Assembly: GCA_963761335.1 (NCBI GenBank) | Contig: CAVXGR010000012.1 | Coordinates: forward strand, 544,001 to 608,000 | Direction: 5' to 3' | DNA from: an uncultured delta proteobacterium | GTDB taxonomy: Bacteria; Desulfobacterota; Binatia; HRBIN30; BPIQ01 | DNA length: 64,000 nt | Shown: positions 1 through 12,400 of the stretch, piece after piece | How the letters are laid out: each line of letters starts with the position of its first letter | Position numbering within the stretch: the first letter of the stretch is position 1 | The notes under the pieces: generated by a model | What the model was told of the DNA's origin: nothing | The model's input: the letters and a program-made list of their open reading frames with translations, nothing else | The model's database searches: none | Translations under genes and position numbers: made by a program

Positions 1-405
1 CGGGTTCCGGATCGGTGAACGCATGGTCCAGCGTGCGCTCGAGAGCGGCGCGATCGACGCGCGAGTCGAGCCCCTCTCGCGGCCACACCGCGGTCGGCCA
101 GGTGAGGTGAGGAGGATGCGGCCGCAGTGGCAGAAGAGCAGGGGGATCGACAGGCAGTGCTCCAAAGCGAGTCATCTTTCGACCATAAGTCGGTGACGGT
201 CGGCTGTGCAATAGCCGCTAGCGCCCACTCTTCTTGCCGAGCTCTCGAATTGGCTCGTGGACCCGCCTTTGGGCTTGGCTCGGCCGACTGCCCTGGATCC
301 GCTTCCTCAACCCATGCGATGAAGGGCGCAGAGCTTGTTTCCGGACGGATCGCGCAGATAGGCTCTCGGCCCGATGTCCGCAGGTGTTGCGTTCGGGGGT
401 GTTAG

Positions 406-591
406 TTAGGGACTTCGCATTCCCCCTAACACAGCCAACCCCTGGATCTCCGCGCCGCACTCCAGACAGAATTTCGCGTCCACCGGAAGCTCTGTCGCGC
501 AGCTACTGCAGCGCAGCGCCAACGCCTGCCCGCAGTGCAAGCAGAGCTTGGCCTTCTCCGGGTTCTCATGTCCGCAGCTCGAGCAGTCCAC
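406..591 (-). pseudogene. Orphan double zinc ribbon (N-terminus of an adenylate-cyclase-type protein), truncated
   Basis: Four CxxC pairs (CSSC, CLHC, CSSC, CLEC) with 'AKFC' spacing; the ORF stops right after a short G/T-rich repeat tract. Confidence 0.65.
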
Positions 592-696
592 CTTGGCACC
601 TTAGCCGACTCAAACCTTCGGTTGCGACCCCCGGGGAGTGTCTATTTCTCGAGGCACGCGATCCACCCCGCGATCGATGACCCGGTTCAGCCTCGG

Positions 697-765
697 CCCC
701 GCGGCCAGCCGCTGCGCGTAGCCCTCGGCGCCGATCTCGCAGTAGAGAGCGAGCGCTTCATCGAG
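697..765 (-). pseudogene. C-terminal remnant of a cyclase-AAA-TPR protein
   Basis: LDEALALYCEIGAEGYAQRLAAG resembles the usual last helix of this family; no intact upstream frame. Confidence 0.4.
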
Positions 766-910
766 GCCCGGGCAGGCGCTCTTGCGTGGGAATCTCGGCG
801 CCGATGCCAGCGCTGGTTCGAGAACCACGGCTGTAGAAAGTTGGCGAATTTGGGGAACCAAGGCTTCGCACGCGTGCGGCTCCCGTGCCGATCGTGCTAT
901 CCTCGGAAAC

Positions 911-1180
911 GTGCAAACGGTCGATGCGAAGATCCGTCTGGCACGCACCTACGTCTGGTGGCAAGCCCCCGAGATCACCTTGCGTGATCCGCACAAGCTG
1001 TTGTGTCAGGTCCTGCGCTACGGCCGCCCGGAGGACTACGTCGCGGCCGTCGAGCTCTGGGGGATCGAGGCCTTGCGCGCCGCGCTGCTCGCGGCGCGTC
1101 GGGGCGAAATCGACGCCAAGTCCACCCACTTCTGGAAGCTCTACCTCGGGGTCGCCGAGGACGTAGAGAGGTCGGCGTGA
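911..1180 (+). CDS. Small putative antitoxin partner of the AbiEii-family toxin (DUF6922-like)
   Basis: YVWW..P......LL.QVL.YG..ED pattern; stop overlaps the next start (GTGA 1177-1180); GTG 911 chosen as start. Confidence 0.65.
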   Translation: MQTVDAKIRLARTYVWWQAPEITLRDPHKLLCQVLRYGRPEDYVAAVELWGIEALRAALLAARRGEIDAKSTHFWKLYLGVAEDVERSA

Positions 1181-1827
1181 TCCGTATCGACACTCTGCCC
1201 GCGGCGCAACGGCGGTTCTGGGAACAGGATGCGCCGCAGCTTCCACCCCACTGGGTGCTCTACGGAGGGACGGGGATCGCCTTGCAACTGGGACACCGCA
1301 GCTCTGTCGACTTCGACTTCTTCTCGTCCGATCCGCTCGACCGGGCAGCCTTGCGGCGGAGCTGCGCTGCAGTGCGCGAGGCGAAAACGATTCAGGACGA
1401 ACCCGACACCCTGTCCGTCATCGCGGACATCCTTGGCGATCCAGTCAAAGTATCCTTCTTCGGCGGGATCGATTTCGGGCGGGTGGGTGACCCTGCCGCA
1501 GTCGGCGGGCGGCTCACCGCTTCGCTCCTGGACCTGTTCGGTACGAAGCTGGCCACGATCACCCAGCGCATCGAGAGCCGCGATTACATCGACATCGCGG
1601 CGCTGCTGCGCGCAGGTCTCGACATCAACCAGGGGGTGGGAGCACTCCTGGCCCTGTACGGGAACCAGGCCAGCGGTCTGCAGTCGGTAAAGACCATGGT
1701 GTGGTTTGGCGATGGCGACCTCGACCGCGCGCTGCCTGCCGACGTCAAGGAGGTACTCAGGCGTGCGGCAGCGCAATACGACGCACGGACCGGTCCCCTT
1801 CCAAAGAGGTCGCCGCGGCTCGACTGA
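1177..1827 (+). CDS. AbiEii/AbiGii-family nucleotidyltransferase toxin
   Basis: LYGGTGIALQLGHRSSVDFDFF motif, later K...R...RDYID; GTG start coupled to the upstream stop. Confidence 0.85.
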   Translation: MIRIDTLPAAQRRFWEQDAPQLPPHWVLYGGTGIALQLGHRSSVDFDFFSSDPLDRAALRRSCAAVREAKTIQDEPDTLSVIADILGDPVKVSFFGGIDFGRVGDPAAVGGRLTASLLDLFGTKLATITQRIESRDYIDIAALLRAGLDINQGVGALLALYGNQASGLQSVKTMVWFGDGDLDRALPADVKEVLRRAAAQYDARTGPLPKRSPRLD

Positions 1828-1874
1828 CCTCGGGATTCCGAAAAGATCGCCGCGAGTAGGAAGCTCATCTCCCT

Positions 1875-3060
1875 TTACACCTGCTCCATGGCCTTGGCCG
1901 CGCGAGCGGGTTCGCGTGCCTGCAGGAAGCGCAGGCGGGTTGCAGCGCGGCACCGCAGCCCATCTCGTGCGCGTCCATTTGCGGCACTCACTCCGCCAGC
2001 AGCGCGTCGATCTGCTGCACGCGCAACGGCGCACCCAAGGATGCCGAGGCGGTAGTAGGCCACCGCACGGGAATAGGGGCTGCCGATCCTCTCGGCGATC
2101 TCGACGGCTCGCTGGCATGGGCCCAGACCGCTCTCGACATCGCCGGCGAGGTCCGCCGCCGCGCCGAGCCAGGTCAGGGCCCAACCCTCGGTCTCCGTAT
2201 CGTCGTACCGTCGCGCCAGCTCGACGCCCTGCTCGATCTGCGCTCTCGCGGTCTCCAGGTTGCCGACGTGCATCGTGAGCTGTCCCAGCACGAACTGGCC
2301 CCACGCCGCGGCGCTGAGACCCCAAAGGGAGAAGCCCCATTCGGGGTGTGCGGGCGTCGGCTCGAGCAACGCCTCGGTGAGCTCGCGCGAGCGGGTCAAC
2401 TGCCCCGCACAGAAGAGCGGGTAGGCGCCTGTCCACGGAGCGAGCGCTCGCAGCTCCTCGTCCTCGGCTTGCAACAAAGGCGCCGGCCATCGAGGGCGTC
2501 GTCGCCGATCTTGCCGACGATCACCTCGCCCGAGTTGATCCCGATGCGCGCCGAGAAGTTGAGGCCGCGGCGCAGGCGCAGCTCCTTGGCGTAGGCGCGC
2601 AGCCCGTCGAGCAGGTGCAGGGCTGCGTGGCAGGCGCGGCGGGCATGGTCCTCGTGCGCAATCGGCGCGCCGAAGAGCGCCATGATGCCGTCGCCGGTGT
2701 ACTGGTTCACCGTGCCTTCGAACCGGTGTATGCCCTCGGCAAGAATCTGGAAGAAGCGGTCGAGGATCTGATGCCATTCCTCGGGATCGACCTGGCTGGC
2801 CAGCTCCATCGAGCCCTTCACATCGGCGAACAGGACAGTGACCTGCTTGCGTTCACCTTCGAGCGCGGACTTTGATTGCAGGATTTTGTCGGCGAGGTGT
2901 TTGGGAGTGTACCTGCGCGGACTCCGGGCGAGGTTGTTAGTGTTCGGTTGTCGGGTGTCAGGTCGGAAGAGCTGCGTCCACCACCAGGCAGAGCAGTGCC
3001 GCACTCGAGGCAGAACTTCGCGCGCTCGGGGTTCGTGTGGCCGCAACTGGCGCAGTTCAT
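1875..3060 (-). pseudogene. Zinc ribbon - class III cyclase - TPR protein, frameshifted and internally deleted
   Basis: ATG 3060 MNCASCGH..AKFCLECG; another frame carries YTPKHLA..GERKQVTVLFADVKGS..QYTGDG..NSGEVIVGKIGDD; near 2495 it jumps to TPR helices, with no AAA domain. Confidence 0.8.
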
Positions 3061-3467
3061 AGGAGCCTCACTTGCCCGGCCTGTCGCAGGGCGGCGTTTC
3101 GGCGCGCGTCGATCTCGGGGCGCGAGACGCCGATGCCGCGCTGAAACAGCTCCAGCGACACACGCGGCTCGACGCGGCGCGCTTCGTTGGCGGCCGCGCG
3201 CGCTTCCTCGATCCGACCGAGCGCGGCGGCGCTCATGGCGACGTAGCCGTAGCCCCAGACATACGCGGGGCGCAGTGCCACTAGCTAGCAGCTAGCAGCT
3301 AACCCCGTAACCCCCAGCCCCGTGATCTGAGCGCCGCACTGGGCGCAGAACTTGGACGCCGGCATGAGCTCGGCGCCGCAGCTCTCGCAGCGCGGCGCGA
3401 ACATCGCTCCGCACTCGGGGCAGAACTTGGCCCCTTCGGGAGGGGCGTGGCCGCAGGGCGTGCTCAC
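3057..3467 (-). pseudogene. Collapsed cyclase/TPR gene: double zinc ribbon (3285-3467) joined to a terminal TPR fragment (3057-3281)
   Basis: GTG 3467 overlaps the stop of the giant gene; AKFCPECG..RCESCG..SKFCAQCG; second piece ALGRIEEARAA..ALRQAG stops over the next ATG. Confidence 0.65.
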
Positions 3468-6400
3468 GCGGTTTCCTCCGCCGCGGCAGCGGCGCACAGC
3501 TCGTTGAAACGCGCCACGGCGCGCTCGGCGTCGTCGAGGTCGAAGACCTCGACGATAAAGATGCGGTCGCCGTCGGTTAGCCAGACGACGATGAAGACGT
3601 TCTCGAACGGACCGCCGCCGGCAACCGTCCCGAATTGCCGCGTGCGCGCGACGTGGCCGTGGCCGTTCCACGCCAACGTACAAAATGCCTCGACGTGCAT
3701 CTCGTCGGCGAGATCCGATAGCGCCCGCAGCGACTCGACCCATGCATCACGCCCGAACGTGCCCAGACCGAGGTTGCGGTGGTCGTGATACGCGAGGTCC
3801 GGAGCGAGCGATGCGCGCACAGTCTCCCAGTCCCCGAGCCCCGCGGCGCGGAACAAGGCGGCGATGGGAGCCTGGCCGCCGGCGGCGCCCTCGGCGGCGA
3901 CGAAGCGGGCGTGCGCCTCGTCGAACGCGGCCGGGCGGTCGTCGGGGTCGAAGAGGATGGCCCTCCGAAAGCGTCCTTCCTCATCGATCTCGAGGACCCG
4001 GATACGTTCGAACTCGAACGCACCGCCTTCCGGAGCTCCCGACCAGAAGATCTGGTCGATGGAGATCCGTTCGCCGAACGTGCCGATCAGCGGCGTCTCG
4101 ATGCGAACGCCCGGCAACGAGGTCGTGAACTCCGCCGAGGCGATCCACGTTTCGACGTCGCCCTTCACCAGGGCACGCTTGCCGCGATCCTCAAAGACGA
4201 AGTCGGCGCGGACAAGGCCCCGCACCCCCTCCCAATCGCGCGCGCCGACCGCCCGTGCCCACTGCGCGCGCGCCCGCGTCGCCGCGTTCGGCGGGATGCG
4301 CAGCGGATCCTCCTTCGCAGGGCTCCGGAGGACGAGTCCGGGGCTTGTCCGCCGAAGCTCGAAGAGCGAAGGCGGGCGCAGCTCCTCGAAGCGTGCCAAC
4401 GCCGTGTCGAGCGCGTCGATCTCGAAGAACTCCGCGCGGGTGGAGCGGCCGTTGCGGGCCAGTCCGAGCAAGAGATACTCGCTCTCGAAAGGGCCACCGT
4501 CGGGGACCGTCCCTTCCCGTCGAATCGTGACCACAAAGCCGTGGCGGTCGACCGCCGGCCAGGACCAGCCGACCTCGAGCCGCTGGTCCGGCGCCAGCTC
4601 CCAGAGCGCCACGTTGCTGTCGAGATAGGCATCCGCACCTTCGATGCGGCCGAGGCCTGCATGCCGATGATCTTCGATGACGACGTCATCGGCGTAGCGG
4701 GCGCGTAGCCGCGGCCGGTCGTGGCTGTTCCACGCGTCGGTGATCTCCGTCAGCAGCTCCACCCACGGCGCCGCGACGGGATCGATCGCCGCCCAGCGTG
4801 CCCACGCCTCGCGCTGCGCGGCGCGCATGTCGTCGGGGTCGAAGAAGATCAGCGCGGTGCAGAGCCCGGCCTCGTTCACCTCGTGCACCGCGAGGAACTC
4901 GACCTCGAAGCGGCCATCCGGCGGTCCGCCCGCCCACAGTATGCGTCCGATGGCGACGCGATCGCCCGCGGTGCCGACGATCGTACGGCGCTGGTGACGG
5001 GCGCCCGAAGCGAGGCGCTCGCGTGCCGAGGCGAGCATCAGATCCAGTCCGCCCGAGAGTCCGACGATCCGCCGGCGATCCTCCCACACGAAGTCCGGGG
5101 AGAAGTGCTCGCGCGCCGTGGCGAGCGCCTCCTTGGCGGCCTCGAGGTCAACCAGGTCGAACGCAGCCCAGGCGCGCTCCAGGAACACCGTCGCCGAGTT
5201 TGGCTTCGCGAGCGCCGCGAGCGGATCTCTCCCTACCCCTTCCCTCGCAGGGAAGGGGGCCGGGCGGTTAGGTTCCGCCGCAATCTCCTCGAAGCGCGCC
5301 CGCGCCCGATCGAAGTGGTGCGGGTCGTAGAAGTCGATGCGTACGACCTTGCCGTCGGGATCAACCTCCGACACGACGAGGAACGGGCTCTCGAAGGCAC
5401 CGCCGTCGCGCGTTCCCACCCACATGCTCGACATGATCGATCCCCGAGCGCAGGCCCGGATGTGATCTCCCCGTATGCGCGCGTCCGGGGACAGCGCCTC
5501 CATCGACCGCAGCGATTGGAGGAAGTCGGTGCGCCCGCGCAGGGTTCCCCAGCCCACCAATCGATGATCGTGACCGACGACGGCGGGCGAGTAGAGAGCC
5601 GCCACCGCGTCCCAATCGCGGCGCCCGGCCAGCGCGCTGTGATCGCGCATCCATGCCACGGTGGGAAATTGCGAGCCTTCGCCGGCCTCCCAGCGCGCCT
5701 CGATCTCGGCCCGGGCGGCTTCCTGGTCGTCGATCTCGTAGCGGTCGTAGGCGACGATCGCGCCGCGCTCGCCGGTCTCGATCAGGAGCAGCGAGTCGAT
5801 GGCGCTCGGGCCGACCGAATCATCCGCCATCTCCAGCGTAGAGCGCATCAGCGCCAGCCGCTCGCCGCGCGTGGCGAGGAGGTCGTTGGAAGCGCTGTTC
5901 GAGCGCATCTCGAGCAGCGGACGCGTGAACGCCAGGAATTCGTCGCGATCGAGATCGAGCTGCACCAAGCGCCGATGGTCGCGATAGAGCAGCGCCGTCG
6001 GATGGAGCGCGGCGAAGCGCTCCCCGTCGCGCTGTCGCCACACCGCGATCACCTCGCGCCAGGCGCGCGAGGCGGCGTTCTCGAAGTGCGGTTCCGCGCT
6101 GGTGGGAGCCGCTAGCTCGGCGAGGTGCGCCAGCGCGCCGTCGCGGTCCTCGATGTCGTAGGTGTCTGACCTCGCGCTCCTACCCTGGTCGTCCACTTCG
6201 AAGACGACGAACATCGGCTTCTCGAACGCGCCTCCGTCGGGCGCGGGCTCCGCCTCGCGGCCGGCCAACTCCGCGAAGCGCGCCAGCGCCTGGTCGAGCT
6301 GCTCCACCTCCCACACGTCGGCACACCGTCCCCGGCCGTCCGCATCCAGCTCGATGAGGACGAGCCATAGGTTCTCGAAAGCGCCGCCCGCGTGCGTGCC

Positions 6401-9400
6401 GTGCCAGGCGTACTCGAGTAGCACCGCGTCGGCGCAGGTGCGGACGTGATCGACGCGTTCCTGCGTGTCCGGCGCCAGCTCGATCTGGGCTTGCAGCGTA
6501 GAAACGACAGCCGCCGGGCCGTACAGCGTTCCCCAGCCGACCAGGCGGTGATTCTCCCCTACCAGTTCCGGCACGAAGAGCGTGGACATGGCGTTCCAGT
6601 CACGAGCGGCGAAGAAGCGCAGATAGTCCGCGAGCCACTTCGACGCGCGCGGGTGCGCCGCGGCCTCGCCGGCCTGCCAGCGCGCGTCGAGCTCTGCGCA
6701 GGCGGCGTCGAGGTCGCCGAGGTCCCAGCGCACGTACGCGACGATCCGGCCGCGCGCATCCACCTCCGTAAGGATCAGGAAGGCGATCTCGCTGGGGCCC
6801 ACGTCGGTATCCATGAACACAAAGGTGGAGCGGTTGAGGGCCAGCCGATCCCCGCGGGTCGCCAGCACCTGCGAGTCGCCGCGAAGGGTGCGCCCGTTCG
6901 CGACCTCGCGAGTGAACACAACGTATTGATCCCGGTCGAGCTCGAGCTGCACGACGCGCCGGCGGTCGGACATGCGGAAGTCCTGCGCGAACAACTGCTC
7001 GAAGCGCTGCCAATCATGAGCGACCATGCAGGCGATCACTGGACCAGCCGTCCCGGTCGCAGCGTTTGCAAAGCGCGACTGCGAATATGCAGCGGGAGCC
7101 GCCAGCTCCTCGAAGCGCGCCAGCGCCTCGGCTTCGCGGTCGGGTTCCCACAGCTCGGCCCGCGTCAAGAGCCCATCAGCTCCGAAGGCGAAGAGCACGA
7201 GGAGCAGATGATCGAAGAAGCCCCCGGTGGTTCGTTCGTTGCCGAAATAGGTCTGGCGAACGAGCAAGGTGTCAGGCTCGAGGGCGAGCACGTCGTCGTG
7301 GCGCACGGATCCGGTGGCCAGGTCGAGTTGGCCGCGCCACTGTCCGAGGAACTCGTCCGCCCCTCGCGCGCTCCAGAGTTGAAGACTCCGACGGTCGACG
7401 CATTCGATGAGCGGGGCCGTTGTGGCCGCCACGCGATCGGGGTCGATCGAGCCGTTCCACACCGCAATCGTGCCTGCCGTCGCCTCGGCACGGATGCGTT
7501 CGGGACCATCGGGCAGCAGCTCGGCGTAGCGCTCGTAGAGGCGCGCGATCGCCTCGCCGAGGTGGTCGGTGGCGAAGACCTCGGCGCGCCGGCAACGGCC
7601 GCTCGCGTCGACCTCGAAAAGCTGGATCGCTTCGTTCGCGTACGCGCCGACGTCGTAGCGAGCGCTGGTGGCCCCCGCTGCACCCGAGCGGCGCCGGACG
7701 AGAAGAAGGAACTCGCCGAGCGTCGCGAGCGGCTCGACCTGGTAGTACGGATCGCGCGAGCGGAACAGGCGCTGGAGGGATGCGGTGCACGCGTCGCGTC
7801 CGTACGTCGATCCCGTCGGATGGTCGATTTCCTGATGGTTCTCATGAAAGAGAGCCGCGATCGCTTCGAAGTCGCGCGTGGCCAGGGCAGCGTCGAAGGG
7901 GGCCTGCATCGCGGTCGCCGCGTTGGCGCGCACGCGGCGGCGGACGGAAAGCTTCGGCGCGGCGCTGGCGACGATCTCCTCGAAGCGGGCGAGCGCCTCG
8001 GCTTCGCGGTCGGAGTCGAACCACTCGGCGCGCGCCAGCCGTCCGTCGGCATCGGTGGCGAACAGCACGAGGAAGGGCCGCTCGTAGGCGCCGCCGCCGA
8101 GGCGCGCGGTGCCAGAGTGCATACGCTGGATGAGCAGGGCACCCGGCCGGAGCGCCAGGACGTCGTGCGTGCCTATGACGACGTCGGCGGCGACCTCCTG
8201 CAGGGCGCGATTGTGCGCCAGGAACGCGCCGTCACCGCGCAGCGACCACGTGCTCAGGTAACGGTGATCGACGGACTCGAAGTCGGGCGCGATCACCGTC
8301 GCGTATCCATCGACGTCGCTGGGCGCGGTCAACGTGACGCCGAACGAGCGCGCCGTGGCCGTGGCGCGCTCGCGCTCGGGACCGTCGGGTAGCAGCTCCG
8401 AGTGGCGTTCGTAGAGTCGCGCGAGGGCCTTACCGAGCTGGCGTTCGTCGAACATCTCGACCCGCGCCGCACGCGAGTCCGGTGTCGCCTCGATGAGAAC
8501 GCTCCACTCCACTTCGAGGGCGCCCGCCGGGATCTCGGCGCTCGGCGCGCTCCCCGCGGAGCCGATGTGTACGCGGGCCAGAGCCAGCGCATCGCCCAGC
8601 GTCGCCAACGGCTCGTGCCGAAACGTGAGCCCGAGCTGACGTGCGACGAGGCCTGTGAGACCGTCGATGATCTCTCGTTGGCCCTGCTCTGCGGCGTTGA
8701 AATGCTGCTCGAAGACCAGGTCCTCCGTGTAGAGCGCGCGGATCCCGCTTCCGTCGCCGGTGCGCATCGCGACGTCGAGCCGGCGCACCTGCTCCGTCGC
8801 GGCGTTGGGCCGCACACGGCGTGCGAGCGTCGCGGACGGCACGGGGAGAGCGGCGACGTGCGCCAGAGCCCCAGCCTCGCGAACGTCAGCACGTCCATCA
8901 TCGCGCAAGGCGCGCTCGGCCAACAGGGTGGCGCCCTTCGCTTCCCACAGCTCGATGGCACGACGCCCCTCGGCATCGGCCTCGGCGGCGCGCCCGGCGG
9001 CGCGCAGCGCCACGGCGAGCGCGACACGCGCGTCAGCGTGATCGAGCAGCGCGTCGGTGGCGGCCGCGATGGCGACCGCCGCCTTTGCCAGCTCGACAGC
9101 GGCCGCGTGCTCGCCGCGCTTCGCCATCGCCTCGGCGCGCACGCCGCGCCAGGCGATGGCGGCCTGGAGATCGTCGCCGGCGAGAGCCTCGCTCTCGTGC
9201 GAGATCGCCTCGGCCTCGGCGATGCGATCCTGCGCCAGCAGCGTGCGACCAAGCAGCGCGCCGGCGCGCGCCGCATCGATGCCCAGGCCGAGATCGCGCA
9301 GGCCCAGGTAGGCGCCGCGCAGCAGCCGCTCGGCGGTGGCGTCGTCGCCCTCCATCGCCGCGATGCGTCCGGCGAAGGCATCGGCCTCGAAGAGACGGTG

Positions 9401-12400
9401 CGCGATGCCGAGATCCTCGACCATCTTGCGCGACGAGGCGAGCATGCGCCGCGCCGCCTCGGTGCGACCGCGCAGCGCTTCGAGGACGCCCTGGCACGAT
9501 AGGGCGACCGACTCGACCGCGGGCGCGCCCTGGGTGATGCGCAGCACGCGCACGACGTCGAGGCAGCGGCCGCTGGCGCGCGTCACCGGGCTCGGACCCC
9601 AGAGCGCCGCGAGCGGCGCCCCGGCCAGCACCGCGTTGGCGCGGCGTCGGTCGCCGCCCCGCCGCGCCGCCGCCAGCGCCTGGTCGAGCGCCGCCTCGCA
9701 GGCGCCCACCTTGCCGAGCCGCGCCAGCGCCGTGGCGTGCACCGAGTGCGCCTTCGCCTCGCCGGCGGCATCGCCGAGCGCGGCCAGTTGCTGCGCCGCC
9801 GCCGCGACCGCGTCGGCGGCGGCCTGGAGGTCCTGCGGCGCGGTGAGCGCGGTGAGCTGGCCGGCGAAGCAGGTGTGCCAGGCCTGAAGACGGTCTCTGG
9901 TTTCTGGCTTCTGGCTTCTGGTTGGTGATTGCTGGTCGGGCTGGTCGCCGATGAACCGACCCAACTCATCAACGGCCTTCCCGGCGCGCCCCACGTCGCC
10001 CGCCGCCAGCAGCGCCTCGCACCAGTCGAGCGCGAGGTCGGCACGCGACGCATCGTCGACGTCGAGCCGGTCGATGGCGCGCCCGAGCAGGTCCGCCGCG
10101 ACGGGAAGATCGTCGCGCCCCAGCGCTCGGCGGCCGGCGGCGGCGAGATGTCGCGCGGCGCGCTCTCCCAAGGTGCGACCGGCAGAGTCGAGCGGGCCGA
10201 GCTCGCGCAGCAGCTGGTGCGCCTGCTCGAGATGCCAGCCGATGGTCTCGTCGTACTCGGCTTCGCCAGCGCGCGCCGCGACCCAATCGGCGAAGCGGGC
10301 GTGCAGCTCGGCGCGCGTGCCCTTGAGCAGGCGCCGATAGGCCGCGTCGCGGATCAACACGTGGTGGAAGCGCAGCATCGGCTCGCCGAGGAACCAGCCG
10401 CTGTCGGGCTCGATCAGCTCGCCGCGCCGCAGCGCCTCCAAGCGCGCGTCGAGCTCGGAGGCTTCGCCAACGGCTTCGGCCCGCAGGCTGGTGCCGTTGT
10501 GCGACAGCAGCGCGGCGACGGCGCTGCGCGAGAAGAGGCGGCCAACCACCGCGGCGCGCTCGAGCACGCTGCGCTCCTCGGGCCGCAGCCGCTCGATGCG
10601 CGCGGCGAGCAGCGCATGGATCGTCGGCGGCATCTCCATCGACGCCAACGCAAGGCCGGTGACCCAGCGGTCGCCTTCCTTGGTGAGTGCTCCCTCGTCG
10701 ACCAGCATGCGCACCAGCTCACCGACGAAGAGCGGGTTGCCCTCGCTGGTGGCCAGTACCTTGGCCGCCACAGCGGCGGGCAGATCGGCGGCGCCGATGA
10801 CATTGGCGGCGAGCCGCATTGCCGCGCCGGCGTCGAGGCCGGCGAGCGTGACGACATCGGCGACCAGCGGCCCGGGCGTCACCAGAGAGGAACGGACGTT
10901 GCGCAGCTCCGGACGCGCGCCGACCAGGAGGAGGAGCGGCACGCCGCCACCCCACTGTACCAGGTGCTCGACGAGATCGAGCAGCAAAGGCTCGGCCCAC
11001 TGCAGGTCGTCGATCACCAGCACTACGGGCGTTTGCTGCGCCAGCGCGGCTAGAAAACGGCGGATGACGAAGAAGGTTTCCTCGGGCGATGCGGGGGAAC
11101 CGGCGAGCAGGGCGGCGATGCCCGCGGCGATGCGGGTGCGATCAGATGCATCGGTGGGCAGCACGGCATCAATTGCGGCCCGCAAGACTTCCGTCTCCGA
11201 TCTCCCCTCCTTACCAAGGAGGGGGTTAGGGAGTAATCGATCCGCCGCAACAACCGCCCCTGACCCCTCCTTGATCGGGAGGGGAGCCCGTGCGCTCCCT
11301 TCCCTACTCAGCAGCTCCCCGAACGCCGCCGCCAAGGGCGCAAACGTCGCACCGCCCGCCGCATCGCAATGCGCCGTCAGCACGCTGACCGACTCACCCT
11401 GGCGGCCTATGAACTCTTCGATCAGCCGCGACTTCCCCAGGCCTGGCGAGCCGAGCAGCACGGCGACGCGGGCCGCGGGTGTGCTCACCGTCGCCTCGTA
11501 CACCGCGGTCATGCGCGCCAGCTCGTCTGCGCGGCCGACGAACGCCGTGGCGGCCGCGCCCGTCGGCCGCTCGAGCGACATCACGCGGTACGCCGTCACC
11601 GTCTCGGCGCGTCCCTTGAGGGCGAACACGCCCGCCTGCTCGAGCGTGACCGCATCCGCCACCAGCCGCCGCGTCGTCTGTCCGATCAGCACCTCGCCGT
11701 CGCGCGCTTCCTGCTGCAGACGCGCCGCGACGTTGAGCGGGTCGCCGATGCCCGCCGGATGCTCGTCGCTGACGACCACCTCGCCGGTGTTGACGGCAAC
11801 GCGCAGACCGATGGGCACGCTCAGCCACTGCTGTGTGCCGAGGAACTCGCGGAAGGCCTGTTGAATGCCGGCCGCGGCGCGCACCGCGCGCAGGGCGTCG
11901 TCCTCGGCGATCGTCGGAATGCCGAAGGCGCACAGGACGCCGTCGCCGAGCAACTGCACCACCGTGCCGCCCGCTGCTTCGACGGGGTCGCGCACGGCCT
12001 GGTAGTAGGCATCCATCACGCGGTTGACCGATTCGGGATCGAGCCGCTCCTGCAGCGCGGTCGAGCCCATCAGATCGGCAAAGATGATGCTGATCACCTT
12101 GCGCGTCTCCACCTGCCCGGTATGGCGGGCGGCACCCGTGTGCGCCGCTCCGTCGGCCGGCTGCGCCTGCGGGCGCGTATTGCGCTGGGGAGCGGAGGGC
12201 GTCGCCGCGACCGGCTCCGGCCTGGCCGGTCCCGCCCATACCAGCACGTTCTCCTCGCGCCGGGCGACGCGCTGCACGTCGACCAGCTCCTCGATCAGCT
12301 CGTCGAGCGCCTCGTCGTCGAGCTCGTACTGGCGGCGCAGCATGCGCAGCGACACGCGCCCGTTCTCTTCGAGGTGGCGGCGGACCTCGCGGACGACGTC

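Noticed and set aside
1..195. Possible 3' end of a DUF3368/PIN-like gene (GFRIGERMVQRALE)
   Set aside because: Too short and cut by the window edge to support a call
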